NCBI GenBank assembly: GCA_963785235.1 | Contig: CAWAUM010000007.1 | Location: forward strand, 240,768-304,767 | Origin: an uncultured delta proteobacterium | GTDB taxonomy: Bacteria; Desulfobacterota; Desulfomonilia; UBA1062 | Direction of reading: 5' to 3' | Length of the DNA: 64,000 nt | Shown here: in pieces, positions 60,935-64,000 of the stretch | Position numbering within the stretch: the stretch's first letter is position 1 | How the letters are laid out: the number at the start of each line of letters is the position of its first letter | Translations under genes and position numbers: made by a program | Notes under the pieces: model-generated | Databases searched by the model: none | What the model was told of the DNA's origin: nothing | The model's input: the letters and a program-made list of their open reading frames with translations, nothing else

Positions 60935-61406
60935 TTATTGGCACTTGAATGTATCCCGATAGCTTGAGGCGTACTCAGGCCTCGGATATGCGAATCTCGC
61001 CTCTTTCAGCACAAAAGGTTCTCCAATCACGTCGGACATCATTCTCAGAACTGAGACAAACTCCCTCTCATAGATGAAGCGGCGGATATCTTTCAGGTCG
61101 ATAAGCTCTTTCATTGTTATATATGCAAGGGGCTCCACCACGCTCAGTTCATAGCTGAAATACGTCTGGGTCCGATACCAGTTCAGCCAGCCTGAGCATG
61201 ACTGACATTTCCTGCTTTGGGCTTACGAACATCTCGGGATCATCCAGGTCTTTCGGTTTTATACCGCTGACTGCCAGCAGCTTCTCAGCATCGATGCCCC
61301 GTCCTGCGGCATAGCGGGCAAGGATGTCGATGCAGTTGATTGAGCGATACATCGGCAGGGATGATCTCGATGCAAGGTGAATTTTATCAGGAACAGTTTT
61401 TTTCAA
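60935..61406 (-). pseudogene. AraC-family (OruR-type) regulator N-terminal remnant
   Basis: GIDAEKLL..SGI..L.DP and FAYPRPE..Y..F in two frames; internal deletion, no HTH. Confidence 0.65.
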
Positions 61407-61504
61407 ATATCTACCTGTGGCAGCTAATCACAATATAATTGTCAATACGCAACAAGATAAATTATATTGCATGAGAACAATTCAATGTAGATGGAGGGTC
61501 AACC

Positions 61505-62500
61505 ATGGGGTATATATATCTGAAAATACGGAATGTCAGTGCATCTCTATGGGTTGAAATTGTAAACCCACCAGTCAACTTTCTCACCACCAAAGTGGTG
61601 GAGGAGATTTACTCCCTCATCAAGGAAGTGGAGAAAGACCAGTCCATACGGGTATTCATCCTCACTGGCGGCATTGAGGACACCTATATCCGGCACTTCT
61701 CCATCCCTGAGCTCGTCCAGCTCAATCCTGACCTCAAGAAGATCTTCTTCGACAAGGTTTTTGCATCGAGGATTGCAGGAAGGCTTTTCGCCTGGGGGAC
61801 GACCATGACAAACTGGCTCATGGATTGGATCCCCGGGCTTGAGGAGATGATGATTAAATTGACAAAGGCCTTCAGCGGTTACTCTTCCGGACTTTACCTG
61901 TGGTTCATGATGCATCGGCTTTATTTCGCCATCGAAAGGATGAACAAGATCACCATTGCCGCCATCAATGGCTCCGTAAACGGAGGCGGAGCCGAGATGT
62001 CCGCCTGCTTCGATTTCAGGTTCATGATCAATGACCAGGATTTTACCATCGGACAGCTGGAAGTGCTCCTAGGCATACCTCCGGGAGGCGGTGGAACTCA
62101 GAGGTGGCCCAGGCTTATCGGCAAGGCCAAGGCTTTGGAGCTTATGCTGAAAGGGGATCTTATCTCTCCTGGAGAGGCTGAAAGGACCGGCATGATCACA
62201 GGCAGTTTCAAGAAAAAGGATTTCCAAGCAAAGGTACAGGAGTTCGCGGACACTATGAGCAAACGTCCTCCGATAGGAGTAAGAGCTGTTAAACAGGCTG
62301 TGCACCAGGGCTTTGAAACAAGCCTCCGACAGGGTCTGAGTGTCGAACTGGAGGAGAGCATCCATTGCTACACATCGAACCCGACAAAAATAATCCTGGA
62401 ATCCTATAACACCTACATCAAAGAAAAGGTCGAAAACCCTGATGTAAAGCCTGCTACTATAAGGGACGCGGTAAGTATACTGAGAATAAAGGGCCGGTAG
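61505..62500 (+). CDS. Enoyl-CoA hydratase/isomerase with internal hydrophobic insertion
   Basis: NPPVN, AAING..GGGAE, GQLEVLLGIPPGGGGTQRWPRLIG. Confidence 0.87.
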   Translation: MGYIYLKIRNVSASLWVEIVNPPVNFLTTKVVEEIYSLIKEVEKDQSIRVFILTGGIEDTYIRHFSIPELVQLNPDLKKIFFDKVFASRIAGRLFAWGTTMTNWLMDWIPGLEEMMIKLTKAFSGYSSGLYLWFMMHRLYFAIERMNKITIAAINGSVNGGGAEMSACFDFRFMINDQDFTIGQLEVLLGIPPGGGGTQRWPRLIGKAKALELMLKGDLISPGEAERTGMITGSFKKKDFQAKVQEFADTMSKRPPIGVRAVKQAVHQGFETSLRQGLSVELEESIHCYTSNPTKIILESYNTYIKEKVENPDVKPATIRDAVSILRIKGR

Positions 62501-62538
62501 AGATAGGCACAGTAAAGGCAAGGGGGAGAATAATATTC

Positions 62539-63372
62539 ATGAAGATAAACCTCAAAGGTAAAAACGTGCTTGTGACAGGTTCTTCCATGGGGATCGGGAA
62601 GTCCTTATCAGAGTGTTTTGCAAAGAAAGGGGCGAACGTCATCATTACAGACCATCCTTCAAGGAGGGAAGAAACTGGGCTCTGGGCCATGAATCTCGCG
62701 GACAGATACTGTATAAGGACATGGTCTTTCCTTGAGGATCTTACTATGGAAAAGGGCCCTGAAAAACTCCATGACCAGGTGACAGGCGCCGTGCCGGACG
62801 TGCATGTCCTCGTTAATAACGCCGGGATAGCCTGGTACGGGAGATACGAAGAAATTCCCATCGAAAAGATGGAGGCAATGGTCAAACTCAATTGCCTTGC
62901 CTATGCGAAGATGTGCCGTCTCTTTCTTCCCACAATCATCAGGCTGGGCGAAGGGGGTATATTGAATATCTCGTCGATAGCGGCCCTCACTCCGGTGCCC
63001 ACCGAGACACTTTATTCAGCAACCAAATATTTCGTCCAGGGTCTCACAGAAGCAATCCGGTCAGAACTTCGCATCCATAAGGGGATTGTCGTGTCCACAC
63101 TGAATCCCCCCTTTACGAAGACCCATCTCCTCGAAGACGGGGGGTATCCATCTGATTTGTTTCCGCTCACCAGGATGAAGGTGTGGGAGCCGGATATCGT
63201 TGCCGCCCTGGGAGTCGAGGCATTTGTTAAGGGCAGGATCTTGTATGTCCCTGGCATCGACAACCAGGTTCTCTATTTCCTGATGTTGAGGTTAGTGCCC
63301 AGAAGATTCATTAACTGGCTTACATGGTTCCTGTGCCGGAGGGAGTCGGAGATCAGAGGGACACATGGATGA
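62539..63372 (+). CDS. Short-chain dehydrogenase/reductase
   Basis: TGSSMGIG, LVNNAG, NISS, YSATK. Confidence 0.9.
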   Translation: MKINLKGKNVLVTGSSMGIGKSLSECFAKKGANVIITDHPSRREETGLWAMNLADRYCIRTWSFLEDLTMEKGPEKLHDQVTGAVPDVHVLVNNAGIAWYGRYEEIPIEKMEAMVKLNCLAYAKMCRLFLPTIIRLGEGGILNISSIAALTPVPTETLYSATKYFVQGLTEAIRSELRIHKGIVVSTLNPPFTKTHLLEDGGYPSDLFPLTRMKVWEPDIVAALGVEAFVKGRILYVPGIDNQVLYFLMLRLVPRRFINWLTWFLCRRESEIRGTHG

Positions 63373-63442
63373 GCTCGAGAAGCTGAAGTTGCACATAGGA
63401 ACATGATCATATTGGTTTAGATTGATAGCAGTGGGAGCCGGA

Positions 63443-63598
63443 GATTATTTTTCATAATCATCGAAAAAGAGGGGCGTGGGAAACCGATGATTTCATGCCA
63501 CCATGTCTGCTCAGGATTGAGTGTCTGTCTGTGTAGGTAATATTTGCAGATCATCGGTTCTGGGACTTTCTGAAACTGTCAGTCGTTATTGCATAATC
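63443..63598. repeat. Dispersed non-coding repeat, copy C
   Basis: Colinear with copy B over ~155 bp. Confidence 0.8.
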
Positions 63599-64000
63599 TA
63601 TCACTTCAGCAAATGTGTATATTTCTGATTCTAATCTACTGTGTTTTTGGTTATTGATCTTGTAGGGATTTTCAATAATATTCGTCATGACTCGGAGACA
63701 GCATGGGTTGCATTCCTTTACTATGAGGAACGTTCACCCTTTAACCCTTGCTGGTCTCCCGGCTCACCAAAGAAGTCTATACTTTTGTTAGCTTGCCTTG
63801 AGTAATCCGAGGCTGCTTTCAAGGAAAGTGAATGGTACTTGATCCATGCGCCTATGGCAATGGACTGACCTGCCTGGATCCATGACAACATGGGAGCATG
63901 AATGATATTGCTTCTGTATCCTTCGGGCAGTTTAAACCAGAGGAAGATTACCAGGGGAACGATGAGGCAGTTCTTGATACCTACTTGAAGCAGAAATTAT

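Noticed and set aside
63721-64000. Minus-strand open frame at the window end (FLLQVGIKNCLIVPLV..)
   Set aside because: Preceded by an in-frame stop at the edge and no recognisable family; cannot be supported.
1-64000. CRISPR arrays, tRNA/rRNA, transposases, cobalamin riboswitch
   Set aside because: No regularly spaced repeats, RNA gene signatures, transposase motifs or B12-box were recognised by eye.

Overview
Gene-dense window from a strictly anaerobic bacterium (gene content typical of syntrophic or sulfate-reducing Deltaproteobacteria/Desulfobacterota; taxonomy is inference). No rRNA, tRNA, CRISPR array or transposase is recognisable. Four blocks: (1) 142-3748, an unclassified glycyl-radical enzyme (Cys loop NNCMQP) with its own activase and two long hairpins between them. 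(2) 3944-30759, a sigma54-controlled alkylsuccinate synthase (ass/mas, fumarate addition) island: B12 mutase plus MeaB, MmgE/PrpD, assD-C-A-B, three MasE-type proteins, AAA+/VWA pair, crotonases, CoA ligase, malate dehydrogenase and a biotin transcarboxylase. The gamma subunit gene (11808-11972) is missed by the ORF track. (3) 31331-47924, minus strand: an apparently single ~16.6 kb operon joining two ATP-driven 2-hydroxyacyl-CoA dehydratase/benzoyl-CoA reductase-like modules (two subunits show a six-Cys double-cubane-like pattern) with a corrinoid protein, a MtaA-type methyltransferase, a truncated acetyl-CoA synthase-like protein and a CooC Ni-ATPase. This block and the orphan GRE are the best candidates for an undescribed system. 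(4) 48090-64000: flavo/Fe-S oxidoreductases, a CPA2 antiporter, an FhlA-like regulator with visible TGTCGA-N4-TCGACA sites, gene remnants and a three-copy non-coding repeat. Many genes carry single-base indels, most likely long-read consensus errors. All family assignments come from motif recognition, not database searches.
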